Shown here piece by piece: positions 9,403 through 17,074 of a DNA stretch of 41,389 nt; within the stretch, counting starts at the first letter, position 1; the number at the start of each line of letters is the position of its first letter. The position numbers and the translations under genes are program-made. The DNA comes from a virus. Taxonomy: Duplodnaviria; Caudoviricetes. The notes under the pieces were generated by a model. That model worked only from the letters and a program-made list of their open reading frames with translations. It was not told where the DNA came from and ran no database searches. The stretch covers positions 1 through 41,389 of IMG/VR virus record IMGVR_UViG_3300024309_000056. One strand, given 5' to 3'.

Positions 9403-10148
9403 GCGGCTTCCCCTTGGGCGCTCCGCAGCTTGAAGCGGTCCGCGACCATTGGATGCGAGGCGAACCACGCGGTCTCCTGCGCGCACTCGGCCACGAATTG
9501 CTTGAACACACGTGTCACGTCGGCGACGGCCCAAACCTCATAGTGCGACCCTTCGGCGCTTTCGTGGTTGTTACGGACCATGCCGTGCACCTTCAGGCTC
9601 AACGGCAGCTCACGCATGACCGTATCCACGACCCAGGCTGGCAAGCCATAGCGCTGGTTCATGCGGGCGCGGATCTTGGTGATCGGCTCGCAGTTCTGCG
9701 GGCAGTGATCCCACACGCGTGACTCGGCGAGTTGGCCAACTTGCTGGCGGACATGCGAGACTGCCTGCTCCGTCTGCTCGAGGCGGCGCTGATGGTCCAC
9801 CATGAGCTGTGCCTGCGCTAGCAGCATCTCGGCGGGGCTGAGTGCTTTGGGGGGCGCGCCAGCTTCCAGGGCCTGCCAGCGGTCTACCAGGCGCGCTGTG
9901 AACTCGGGCGAAAGCTGTGCAACGACGATAATGCTGTCTCGCTTTCCCTTCTCGCCCGAGAACACGAACTCGGTGGCCGGTCGTCCACCGGTAGATGGCT
10001 TTTCCACCGACGGTGGGAAAGTGATAACTCCTTGGTTCGAAAGACGCTCGATGGTGCGCTTGACACTGTCATGGCGGGATTCGACCAGGTCCGCGATTTC
10101 TTGACTCGTCATGGTGGCGGCAACGCCGCCGTTGATCATTGCGTTCAT
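9399..10148 (-). CDS. Rha-family phage regulatory/antirepressor protein
   Basis: MTSQEIADLVESRHDSVKRTIERL...KRDSIIVVAQLSPEFTARLVDRWQALE followed by a coiled coil. Confidence 0.85.
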   Translation of the reverse strand: MNAMINGGVAATMTSQEIADLVESRHDSVKRTIERLSNQGVITFPPSVEKPSTGGRPATEFVFSGEKGKRDSIIVVAQLSPEFTARLVDRWQALEAGAPPKALSPAEMLLAQAQLMVDHQRRLEQTEQAVSHVRQQVGQLAESRVWDHCPQNCEPITKIRARMNQRYGLPAWVVDTVMRELPLSLKVHGMVRNNHESAEGSHYEVWAVADVTRVFKQFVAECAQETAWFASHPMVADRFKLRSAQGEAA

Positions 10149-10423
10149 TGAAGTGCCTCCGTGACGGGGGCGCGCCCCGCAGTGTTCAGTAGGGTGCGCG
10201 CCGCGGTGGCGCTGGCTTTCAGGTGCGGATCGGCCGAGGCCTCGAGGATGCTGGTTGTGATCTCGAGCGCGCTGGCCAGGGTTGCGCAGCGCTCACGCAT
10301 GGCCGCCGTTTCACCCTTGGCCTGAGACAGTTCGGCCGTGGCTTTGTCGTACAGGCGGACGTACAGCGCTCGGCCGCGCACCGCAGCCGCAAGCTGCTCG
10401 GCCTGATTGCGAGGCTTATGCAT
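10145..10423 (-). CDS. Hypothetical phage protein (coiled coil)
   Basis: 92 aa, translationally coupled on both sides within the leftward operon. Confidence 0.65.
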   Translation of the reverse strand: MHKPRNQAEQLAAAVRGRALYVRLYDKATAELSQAKGETAAMRERCATLASALEITTSILEASADPHLKASATAARTLLNTAGRAPVTEALQ

Positions 10424-10679
10424 GACCTTCTCCCTGCGCGATCACGTCGCGCAAGATGCACATGGTGTCGCACATCAGGTCACCATTCCGTTCAGCTATG
10501 TCGACGCCGATGCGTGCCAGGGTTTCGAACTGCAGCCCAAGGTCGGTTCCCGGCTCGTCAGCGGCACGGTCGTGGATAGCGACCAGTAAGGCACTCATCT
10601 GATCGATGTCCGTGCTGACCCGCTGTAGCAGGGCCAGGATGCCACCAGGCGTGATGAGAGACTTTTGGGCGGGGGTCAT
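10416..10679 (-). CDS. Hypothetical phage protein
   Basis: 87 aa, GGAGG SD and ATGA overlap with the upstream ORF. Confidence 0.65.
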   Translation of the reverse strand: MTPAQKSLITPGGILALLQRVSTDIDQMSALLVAIHDRAADEPGTDLGLQFETLARIGVDIAERNGDLMCDTMCILRDVIAQGEGHA

Positions 10680-10927
10680 GCTGCACCTCCGGCTGCGGCG
10701 TACGCGGGCAGGCCCAGCGCTTCGCGCAACTGGGCCCAGCTCGTTTCGTCCTCGGCCATCTCGAAGGCGAGGCGGTACAGGACGTGCTCATGGGTTTCGG
10801 GTGGGATGATGTCGCCGATGGCATTCAGCAGGGAGTAGATGCGCGCATCACGCTGCTGGAGCACATCGACGATCCATTGCGCCATCCCCATGTCGACAGG
10901 GGTGGTGTTCGAGGCGGCTTGGGTCAT
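10676..10927 (-). CDS. Hypothetical phage protein
   Basis: 83 aa, GGGGAGG SD and ATGA overlap. Confidence 0.65.
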   Translation of the reverse strand: MTQAASNTTPVDMGMAQWIVDVLQQRDARIYSLLNAIGDIIPPETHEHVLYRLAFEMAEDETSWAQLREALGLPAYAAAGGAA

Positions 10928-11223
10928 TGCGAAGCCTCCCCGTTCTTGGCAATGCGTGCTGCCTGATCAAGCATGCCCTGCGTGGTCATCTGCACGTAGT
11001 GACACAGGCTTTCAACGCCGGCCATCAATCCCTGGACGGCCCAGGGGTCGAGCGGCTGGCAATTGTTGGCCTCCGGTTCGTAGGAGCTATTGCCGACCAT
11101 GCGAGCCATCACGTGGATTGCGGCGATGGTGCGCTCGATGCGGTGGATTGAAGCGAGGTGAACCTCGCCCAGTTCGGGCAGGCTGTCTGCGGCCCAGGGA
11201 TCGGCGACGAGATAGTGATTCAT
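10924..11223 (-). CDS. Hypothetical phage protein
   Basis: 99 aa from ATG 11223 (MNHYLVADP), ATGA overlap with the upstream ORF stop. Confidence 0.65.
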   Translation of the reverse strand: MNHYLVADPWAADSLPELGEVHLASIHRIERTIAAIHVMARMVGNSSYEPEANNCQPLDPWAVQGLMAGVESLCHYVQMTTQGMLDQAARIAKNGEASQ

Positions 11224-11540
11224 GCCGCACCCTCGCCTGCCGATTTCTCGGCCAGATCGGCCCATTCCTGGGCGCTTTCGGCTGCCAGCCCCGTGATTTC
11301 CATCCCGATTCCGACAAGGTCCGGAATGCAGTAAAACCCCTCGCGGCCGGAGGCCTGGGCTTCGTTGATGACGGAGAAGAGAGCGCCAGCGCGACGCAAT
11401 GCCTCGGCGGCGCGCCCCAATGCGTTGGCGACTTCGCTCGGGGAAAGCGTCGGGGGCTTCCCCGATTGTGCGACCTGCTGTATATTTACAGGCGTAGAAA
11501 TCCCCTCCGCACCCGTGGGGCGGATATCTTTCTTGGACAT
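11220..11540 (-). CDS. Hypothetical phage protein, first gene of the leftward operon
   Basis: 106 aa from ATG 11540 (MSKKDIRP) preceded by GAGGAGG. Confidence 0.65.
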   Translation of the reverse strand: MSKKDIRPTGAEGISTPVNIQQVAQSGKPPTLSPSEVANALGRAAEALRRAGALFSVINEAQASGREGFYCIPDLVGIGMEITGLAAESAQEWADLAEKSAGEGAA

Positions 11541-11568
11541 ATTGGCCTCCTCAGGCTGTCCAGGTTCG

Positions 11569-11630
11569 AGTGCCGCAGCGTCAACTGCGGTACTTCCGGA
11601 GCCCCGTCCTGCGTCAACAGGTACGGGGCT
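11569..11630 (-). promoter_or_regulatory. Twin stem-loops with identical hexaloop in the PL leader
   Basis: Two adjacent hairpins (11569-11594, 11600-11630), each with loop TTGACG on the minus strand. Confidence 0.6.
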
Positions 11631-11645
11631 TTCATTTGGTATGGA

Positions 11646-11674
11646 ACAATACTTAACTATTAATAGTGAGTCAA
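11646..11674 (-). promoter_or_regulatory. PL-like promoter overlapped by an operator
   Basis: Minus strand TTGACT-N17-TATTGT; operator AATACTTAACTATT at 11648-11661. Confidence 0.75.
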
Positions 11675-11696
11675 TACCAAACCACTTGATAGGCGT

Positions 11697-11721
11697 AAAA
11701 AAAGCGCCCAAGTAGGGCGCT
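11697..11721 (-). terminator. Rho-independent terminator after cI
   Basis: Minus strand AGCGCCC-TACTT-GGGCGC followed by a run of T. Confidence 0.8.
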
Positions 11722-11739
11722 ACTGCGATGGTTGGAAAC

Positions 11740-12438
11740 CTATTCGGGAACGAACTTCCCGATTACGACGCCGCAGATCGTGGCGTTGCCATTGATTGGG
11801 ATTAGCTTTGGGCCAGGCCAATCGGGGTTCAAGGGGCGTAGGTAGCGCTTGCCTCCCTCTTCGACAAGCTGCTTGAAGGTGGCGGCCTCTTCGTTGTCCA
11901 GTCGGACTACGATGTTGCGACCGTGATTCGCTTGGACTTCTGGATCCACGAAGATGATGTCGCCGTCCTGATACTTTGGCTCCATGCTCACGCCACGCAC
12001 CCGCAAAGCAAACGCCGAAGGGCTGTGGTGGCGAGGGCAGGGTAGCCACTCCTCAGCGTCGCCAGGCGAGAAATTGTCGATGACCGCACACCAATCACCT
12101 GCCTGAACCCACGAGATAAGCGGTATAGGCGAGTACAGGTCGGGGCCTGGAGCGACATTGGGAAAAGTCCCGCCAAATGGACGTGGTGAACCAAGTCGGA
12201 CTTTCGCCGCGAGCGCGTCATCGTCTGCTTGCGAAAAGGGTACATCGCCAGATTCCAGCCATACCGGACTGACGCCGAGCGCTGAGGCCAGCCGTAAGAG
12301 CAGGGATGATGCCTGCGTGCGCCCCTGCTCAAGGTGCCCAATGGCTCCCTGAGAAACTCCAATCTTGCGAGCAAGCTGGGCCTGCGACATGCCGAGGCTC
12401 AACCGCGCTTCCTTGATCCGATCGCCAAGAGTACTCAT
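11740..12438 (-). CDS. cI: CI-like repressor (HTH plus S24 autopeptidase)
   Basis: LGDRIKEARLSLGMSQAQLARKIGVSQGAIGHLEQG HTH; VQAG cleavage site; GVSMEP and TFKQL Ser/Lys dyad all intact. Confidence 0.93.
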   Translation of the reverse strand: MSTLGDRIKEARLSLGMSQAQLARKIGVSQGAIGHLEQGRTQASSLLLRLASALGVSPVWLESGDVPFSQADDDALAAKVRLGSPRPFGGTFPNVAPGPDLYSPIPLISWVQAGDWCAVIDNFSPGDAEEWLPCPRHHSPSAFALRVRGVSMEPKYQDGDIIFVDPEVQANHGRNIVVRLDNEEAATFKQLVEEGGKRYLRPLNPDWPGPKLIPINGNATICGVVIGKFVPE

Positions 12439-12499
12439 CTATTCATTCTCCCATCTTTAAATAATACTATGCTATTATTTTATCCAATACTTAGCTATT
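12430..12499. promoter_or_regulatory. OR operator region (three sites)
   Basis: AGTACTCATCTATT (12430-12443), AATACTATGCTATT (12463-12476), AATACTTAGCTATT (12486-12499); same motif as at PL. Confidence 0.8.
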
Positions 12500-12508
12500 G
12501 GAACTGGT

Positions 12509-12715
12509 ATGGAAGCCCAACAAATCGTCATTTCGTTGCGAGATGCCGGGTTGTCTCAAAGCGAAATCGCCCAGGCGATTGGCATCACGCAAGGCGCTGT
12601 AAGCGCCATCGAGCGTGGCAAACGAAGCGACGTCCGTAGCCGCACCTTGGAGGCGCTCCGCGCATTGGTCAGCACGAAGCGCAAGGGCGATCCGCGAAAG
12701 GCAGGCCATGCCTAA
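12509..12715 (+). CDS. cro: Cro-like HTH repressor
   Basis: 68 aa GLSQSEIAQAIGITQGAVSAIERG, divergent from cI. Confidence 0.85.
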   Translation: MEAQQIVISLRDAGLSQSEIAQAIGITQGAVSAIERGKRSDVRSRTLEALRALVSTKRKGDPRKAGHA

Positions 12716-13388
12716 CGCCCTGATCATCGAGCAGTATGAGGGCCAGCCCGTGCACTTCATGGGCGATGGGTGGTTCAACGCCACCGGCCCGGCAAAGCGG
12801 TTCGGAAAGAAGCCGGCGCACTGGCTCGCACTGCCGGGGACCAAAAGCTACATGGTGGCGCTCGGTAAGGCCCTCGGCTTTGAGGTCGGATTTCCCGACA
12901 TCAAGCTGATTCGCACATCCAAGGTGCGCGGCCAGGCCGGCACATGGTTGCACCCGAAGCTGGCCGTGCCATTTGCCCGCTGGCTGTCGGACGACTTCGC
13001 CGTCTGGTGTGACCTGAAGATCGACGCCATCGTGCGCGGCACCGTCGCCCAGCCCGATCCCAGCGCCCTAAGCACTGTAGCTGATCGCGAGCCGCTGTAC
13101 CTGCTGGCGATCCAGATCATGGTCAAGCATGGCCTGTCGTTGCCGGTGATCTACCGGGCGCTGGCGCACTTCGCCGGTGTCGAGTCGTTCAGAGCGATGC
13201 TGTTGGGACACATCGCCCAGGCCGGCCGCTTCGGGGGCGCGATTTTGGCCGGTACGGATTCGGGGGCGCAATGGCGCCAGCTGGAAGCCAACCGCATTGC
13301 CATTACCGGTCATTCCTCTCAATCCAAACTCGACCTCGGGCCGCTGGTGCTCGGGTCTTATCGCGCCCGGGAGGTGGCCCATGCCTAA
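12708..13388 (+). CDS. KilA-N domain DNA-binding protein
   Basis: From ATG 12708: DGWFNAT...KRFGKKPAHWL...GTWLHPKLAVPFARWLSDDFAVWCD. Confidence 0.88.
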   Translation: MPNALIIEQYEGQPVHFMGDGWFNATGPAKRFGKKPAHWLALPGTKSYMVALGKALGFEVGFPDIKLIRTSKVRGQAGTWLHPKLAVPFARWLSDDFAVWCDLKIDAIVRGTVAQPDPSALSTVADREPLYLLAIQIMVKHGLSLPVIYRALAHFAGVESFRAMLLGHIAQAGRFGGAILAGTDSGAQWRQLEANRIAITGHSSQSKLDLGPLVLGSYRAREVAHA

Positions 13389-13575
13389 CGCCGACACCAC
13401 CCTCATCGACCGCGCCGAAGAGGCCGGGGTTTCGCTGGCCACCGTCACCGAGATGCGCCCCGAGCAGCACCGCGGCGTTCGCCCGTCGTTCCCGCCATCG
13501 GCACGTCACATTCCCGGCGACACGACGACGCCACCGGCCCCGGGAGCTGTTTGGATCGGCTCGGGGGACGCGTGA
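13381..13575 (+). CDS. Hypothetical protein (64 aa)
   Basis: ATG 13381 after GGAGG, overlapping the KilA-N stop; ends with SD and GTGA coupling. Confidence 0.55.
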   Translation: MPNADTTLIDRAEEAGVSLATVTEMRPEQHRGVRPSFPPSARHIPGDTTTPPAPGAVWIGSGDA

Positions 13576-13655
13576 ACATGGCCACCTTCGACTTCCTCAT
13601 TCTTGCGCTAGTGCTTGCCGTGCTGGCGCTGGGCAACTGGCCGCCGACGATATGA
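13572..13655 (+). CDS. Small hydrophobic peptide (27 aa), not in the ORF track
   Basis: GTG AAC ATG GCC ACC TTC...TGA = MNMATFDFLILALVLAVLALGNWPPTI; GTGA and ATGA overlaps at both ends. Confidence 0.55.
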   Translation: MNMATFDFLILALVLAVLALGNWPPTI

Positions 13656-13852
13656 ATACCGCCGTCTCCATTCTGATCCTGCTTGCGGCCTTCACCTGGC
13701 TGCTGATGTTGATCACGGGCTGCTGCTTGGCCGCTTGGCTGTTGTGGCGCCGCCGGGGGCTGCGCAGGTGGCTCGCAGAATTCGATCGTGGTCTGGAGCG
13801 TGAAGAGCGCATTCGGGCCGTCTTTCAACGCTGCCATCGGTTCAGGCCGTAG
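13652..13852 (+). CDS. Small single-TM protein (66 aa)
   Basis: MNTAVSILILLAAFTWLLMLITGCCLAAWLLW followed by an Arg-rich tail. Confidence 0.6.
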   Translation: MNTAVSILILLAAFTWLLMLITGCCLAAWLLWRRRGLRRWLAEFDRGLEREERIRAVFQRCHRFRP

Positions 13853-13866
13853 GCGGACAACGGTGT

Positions 13867-13944
13867 GCACGCGCCCGGGTAGCTCCCGAAAGCCGGACTC
13901 CTCCACCCGGCCCGGCGCTGTGCCTTCAAGTGGAGCGATGGAGG
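13867..13944 (+). ncRNA. Candidate three-way-junction regulatory RNA with anti-SD loop
   Basis: Outer 9-bp stem 13867-13875/13914-13923 encloses CGGG-TAGCT-CCCG and GCCGG-ACTCCTCCAC-CCGGC; the loop is complementary to GTGGAG (13930) and TGGAGG (13939). Confidence 0.55.
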
Positions 13945-13952
13945 CAAATGCA

Positions 13953-14273
13953 ATGCAAGCCTTGACCTATGACGCGATGCGGGCCGATCTGTCGGCGACG
14001 TTTCCGGGCCTCTGGATGCGGCCGCTGCGCGAGTTTGGCGGGCAATGGAAGGATGCTGTGGGTATCTGGGCCGGCGGCGACGATACCGCGATGCCCGACG
14101 GATTGCCGATCCTGTGGACGCTGGAATGCGCGGACCCGGATCACTACGACGGCCACGTGCACCACGCCTTTCTGGCCTGGCTGAAGGCGCGGGGCTGGGC
14201 TTATGAGCTTTACGACGCGGCCACGCTTTTTATTGTCCCGCAGTCGTACTTCGACCTGCCTCTGAGGAGCTGA
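13953..14273 (+). CDS. Hypothetical phage protein (106 aa)
   Basis: ATG 13953 8 nt after GGAGG; globular aromatic-rich sequence; sits before the replication gene. Confidence 0.65.
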   Translation: MQALTYDAMRADLSATFPGLWMRPLREFGGQWKDAVGIWAGGDDTAMPDGLPILWTLECADPDHYDGHVHHAFLAWLKARGWAYELYDAATLFIVPQSYFDLPLRS

Positions 14274-14279
14274 TCGCCT

Positions 14280-15350
14280 ATGGCAACTGATGCACGTCTG
14301 TCTGTGGGCTTGGCCTCGCACCCAAAGACCAAGAAGCTAATCCGTCGAGTTGGCGGCGATGGCGCATGGCGCCTCGTCTGCCTGTTTCTGTGGTGCGCGG
14401 CCAATCGGCCCGATGGCAACCTGGAAGGGCTGTCCGACGAAGATATCGAGCTGGCTGTAGACTGGGCCGGCGACGAAGGTGCATTCGTCGCGGCGCTGCA
14501 CGATGTCGGCTTCCTCGATGGGGATGAATGCGCCCGTTCTGTGCATGGCTGGCAAGAGCACAACCCCTGGGTTGCAGGCTCCGAGGCACGCAGCGAGAAG
14601 GCGCGCTGGGCTGCCCTGTGCAAGCAGTACGGACGCAAGGATGCTGCCCGGCGCATGCCCGAATATGCCGAGCGCATCGGTGTGGCAAGCAGCGAGGATG
14701 CCACTGAATGCCAGGAGCATGCCGGTAGCATGCAAACCGCAGTGCCTGAAGCTGCCAGTAGCATGCCCGCAGCAGTGCCAGAAAGTGCTACTAGCGTGCC
14801 ACTAGCAGAATCTAGCACTGCCCCGTCTCCGTCTCCGTCTCCGTCTCCGTCTCCAAAAGATCAAACCCCTTTGTCGGCTGACGCCGACCGTGGGGCGCCC
14901 GCCGACGTCCAGGAATCACCGGCGGCGCCCAAGCCCGATCCGGTGCAAGAGGTCTTCGCCTACTGGCAGGAGGTCATGAATTCGCCGCGATCGGTGCTGG
15001 ACGACAAGCGGCGCAAGGTCATCCGGGGGGCGCTGAAAGCCGGCCATAGCGCCGACGATTTGCGCCGGGCGATCCGCGGATGCAGCAAGACGCCGCACAA
15101 CATGGGCCAGAACGACCGGCGGGAGAAGTACAACGGGATCGAGCTCATCCTGCGCTCTGCCGACCAAATCGACCGGTTCATTGCGAATGACCCGGGGGCG
15201 GATACGCCGGGGGCGGTGGATCGCGTGTCGGTGGTTGCCACATTGCAAGGCCGATACCCGGGCGCAAGCGTGACCCAGCTGGACGGTGGGCGGTTCCGCG
15301 TCGGCAACCGGTTCTTCGATGCCTGCGGTAATCCGGAGCCTGTGCTGTGA
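14280..15350 (+). CDS. Phage replication initiator (O-like)
   Basis: N-terminal HPKTKKL...LWCAANRPDG...VHGWQEHNP domain, low-complexity repeat linker, C-terminal VFAYWQ...LDDKRRKVI domain; precedes the helicase. Confidence 0.75.
   Translation: MATDARLSVGLASHPKTKKLIRRVGGDGAWRLVCLFLWCAANRPDGNLEGLSDEDIELAVDWAGDEGAFVAALHDVGFLDGDECARSVHGWQEHNPWVAGSEARSEKARWAALCKQYGRKDAARRMPEYAERIGVASSEDATECQEHAGSMQTAVPEAASSMPAAVPESATSVPLAESSTAPSPSPSPSPSPKDQTPLSADADRGAPADVQESPAAPKPDPVQEVFAYWQEVMNSPRSVLDDKRRKVIRGALKAGHSADDLRRAIRGCSKTPHNMGQNDRREKYNGIELILRSADQIDRFIANDPGADTPGAVDRVSVVATLQGRYPGASVTQLDGGRFRVGNRFFDACGNPEPVL
14700..14854 (+). repeat. Iteron-like repeats and (CCGTCT)5 within the initiator gene, putative origin
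   Basis: Three degenerate 33-bp units (14721-14819) built of about 11-bp AGCATGCC-like subunits, then five CCGTCT copies at 14823-14852. Confidence 0.7.
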
Positions 15351-17074
15351 AGACTTTCGATGACTTCGGGATCGACTTACGCGGCCGCACTGGCGTGGAG
15401 TTGAAAACCACCTGCCCGAAATGCTCGCCGTCGCGTCGGAAAAAGCACTATCCCTGCCTGTCGGTCAACACCGATAAGGGGCTTTGGAACTGCCATCATT
15501 GCGGCTGGGGCGGGTCGTTGGGCCACGGCGAAGAGCGCCGGCCCGAAGCGCCGAAGATCTACCGCAAGCCCGAATATGTGCTGAATCGCACCGACCTGCC
15601 GCAGGCCGTCGTGGACTACTTCGCCGGGCGCGGGATCAGCCAGGGCACGCTGCTGCGCAACTGCATCGGCTACGGCTCGCAGTACTTCCCCCAGGTCGAA
15701 GCGGAACGCACTTGCGTCATGTTCCCGTACCTGGACGGCGACGAGGTCATCAACGTCAAGTACCGCACCCCGGACAAGCTGTTCCGGCTGGCGTCGGGGG
15801 CGAAACGGGTGCTGTATGGCCTGAACGACATCGACGCCGTGCTGATCTGGGTCGAGGGCGAAATGGACAAGCTGTCGGTGGAGGAGGGCGGTTTCAAGAA
15901 CTGCGTCTCCGTGCCAGACGGCGCCCCGACCCCGGACACGAAGAACTACGACAGCAAGTTCGACTTCCTGGACAGCGAGCGGCTGGCTAACGTGCGCGAG
16001 CACATCATCGCAGTCGACGACGACGCGCCGGGCCGCCGGCTGCAGGAAGAGCTCGTGCGCCGCCTGGGCCGCGACAAGTGCCAGATCGTGACCTGGCCGG
16101 AGGGTTGCAAGGACGCCAATGACGTGTTGATCAAGCACGGGCCAGAGACGTTGCAGAAGTGCATCACCGAAGCGAAGCCGGTACCGATCGAAGGCACCTT
16201 CTCGGCGACGGACTTCCGGTCTGAAATCCTGCGTCGCTACGAGGGTGAGGCCCTGCGAGGCGCGCCGACGGGGTGGAACTGCATGGACGGGCACTACACC
16301 GTCCTACCCGGCGAGTGGACGCTGGTGACGGGCATCCCGGGCCATGGAAAGTCGGAATGGCTCGATGCGTTGGCGATAAACCTTGCGCAGTACCAGGGAT
16401 GGAACTTCGGGGTGTTCTCGCCCGAAAACTTCCCGGCGGACTATCACAGCGAAAAGCTGATGGAAAAGTTCATTGGCAAGCCATTCGCTCCCGGCCCCAG
16501 CGAGCGGATGGACGTGGCTGACCTGGACAGGGCTATGGATTTCCTGGAAGACCACTTCACCTTCATGATGCCGGACTCGCCCAGCCTGGATGCCCTGCTG
16601 GAGCAGGCCGGCCGCCTTGTGACCCGCAAGGGCATTCGTGGGCTGATCATGGATCCCTGGAACGAGATCGAACACGGGCGCGCAGCCGGCCAGACGGAAA
16701 CGGAGTACATCTCCTTAGCCCTGTCGCAGATCCGCAAGTTCTGCCGGGCGCACGGCGTACACGCTTGGGTCGTGGCGCACCCGGCCAAGCTCTACAAGGA
16801 CAAGGAGTCCGGTGATTACCCGATCCCGACGCCCTATGACGTCTCGGGATCGGCACACTGGCGCAATAAGGCCGACAACTGCATCACGGTGTACCGGCAC
16901 GTCAAGGACGAGCACAAGCCGGTGGAAATCCACATCCAGAAAATCCGCAAGAAGTTCGTCGGCCGCGTGGGTATGGTCGAACTGCACTATGACCGGGTGA
17001 CAGGCCGCTATCAGGACTACGCGCACTTCACCCGTGCGCCCGTTTACTCGATGCAGACGCGGGGGGCGGCGTAA
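15347..17074 (+). CDS. Fused primase-helicase (Zn finger, TOPRIM, SF4 helicase; Twinkle/T7 gp4-like)
   Basis: CPKC...CHHC, VEGEMDKLS, AVDDDAPG, CKDAND, Walker A GIPGHGKS, IMDPWN, VVAHP, VSGSAHWRNKAD. Confidence 0.9.
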   Translation: MKTFDDFGIDLRGRTGVELKTTCPKCSPSRRKKHYPCLSVNTDKGLWNCHHCGWGGSLGHGEERRPEAPKIYRKPEYVLNRTDLPQAVVDYFAGRGISQGTLLRNCIGYGSQYFPQVEAERTCVMFPYLDGDEVINVKYRTPDKLFRLASGAKRVLYGLNDIDAVLIWVEGEMDKLSVEEGGFKNCVSVPDGAPTPDTKNYDSKFDFLDSERLANVREHIIAVDDDAPGRRLQEELVRRLGRDKCQIVTWPEGCKDANDVLIKHGPETLQKCITEAKPVPIEGTFSATDFRSEILRRYEGEALRGAPTGWNCMDGHYTVLPGEWTLVTGIPGHGKSEWLDALAINLAQYQGWNFGVFSPENFPADYHSEKLMEKFIGKPFAPGPSERMDVADLDRAMDFLEDHFTFMMPDSPSLDALLEQAGRLVTRKGIRGLIMDPWNEIEHGRAAGQTETEYISLALSQIRKFCRAHGVHAWVVAHPAKLYKDKESGDYPIPTPYDVSGSAHWRNKADNCITVYRHVKDEHKPVEIHIQKIRKKFVGRVGMVELHYDRVTGRYQDYAHFTRAPVYSMQTRGAA

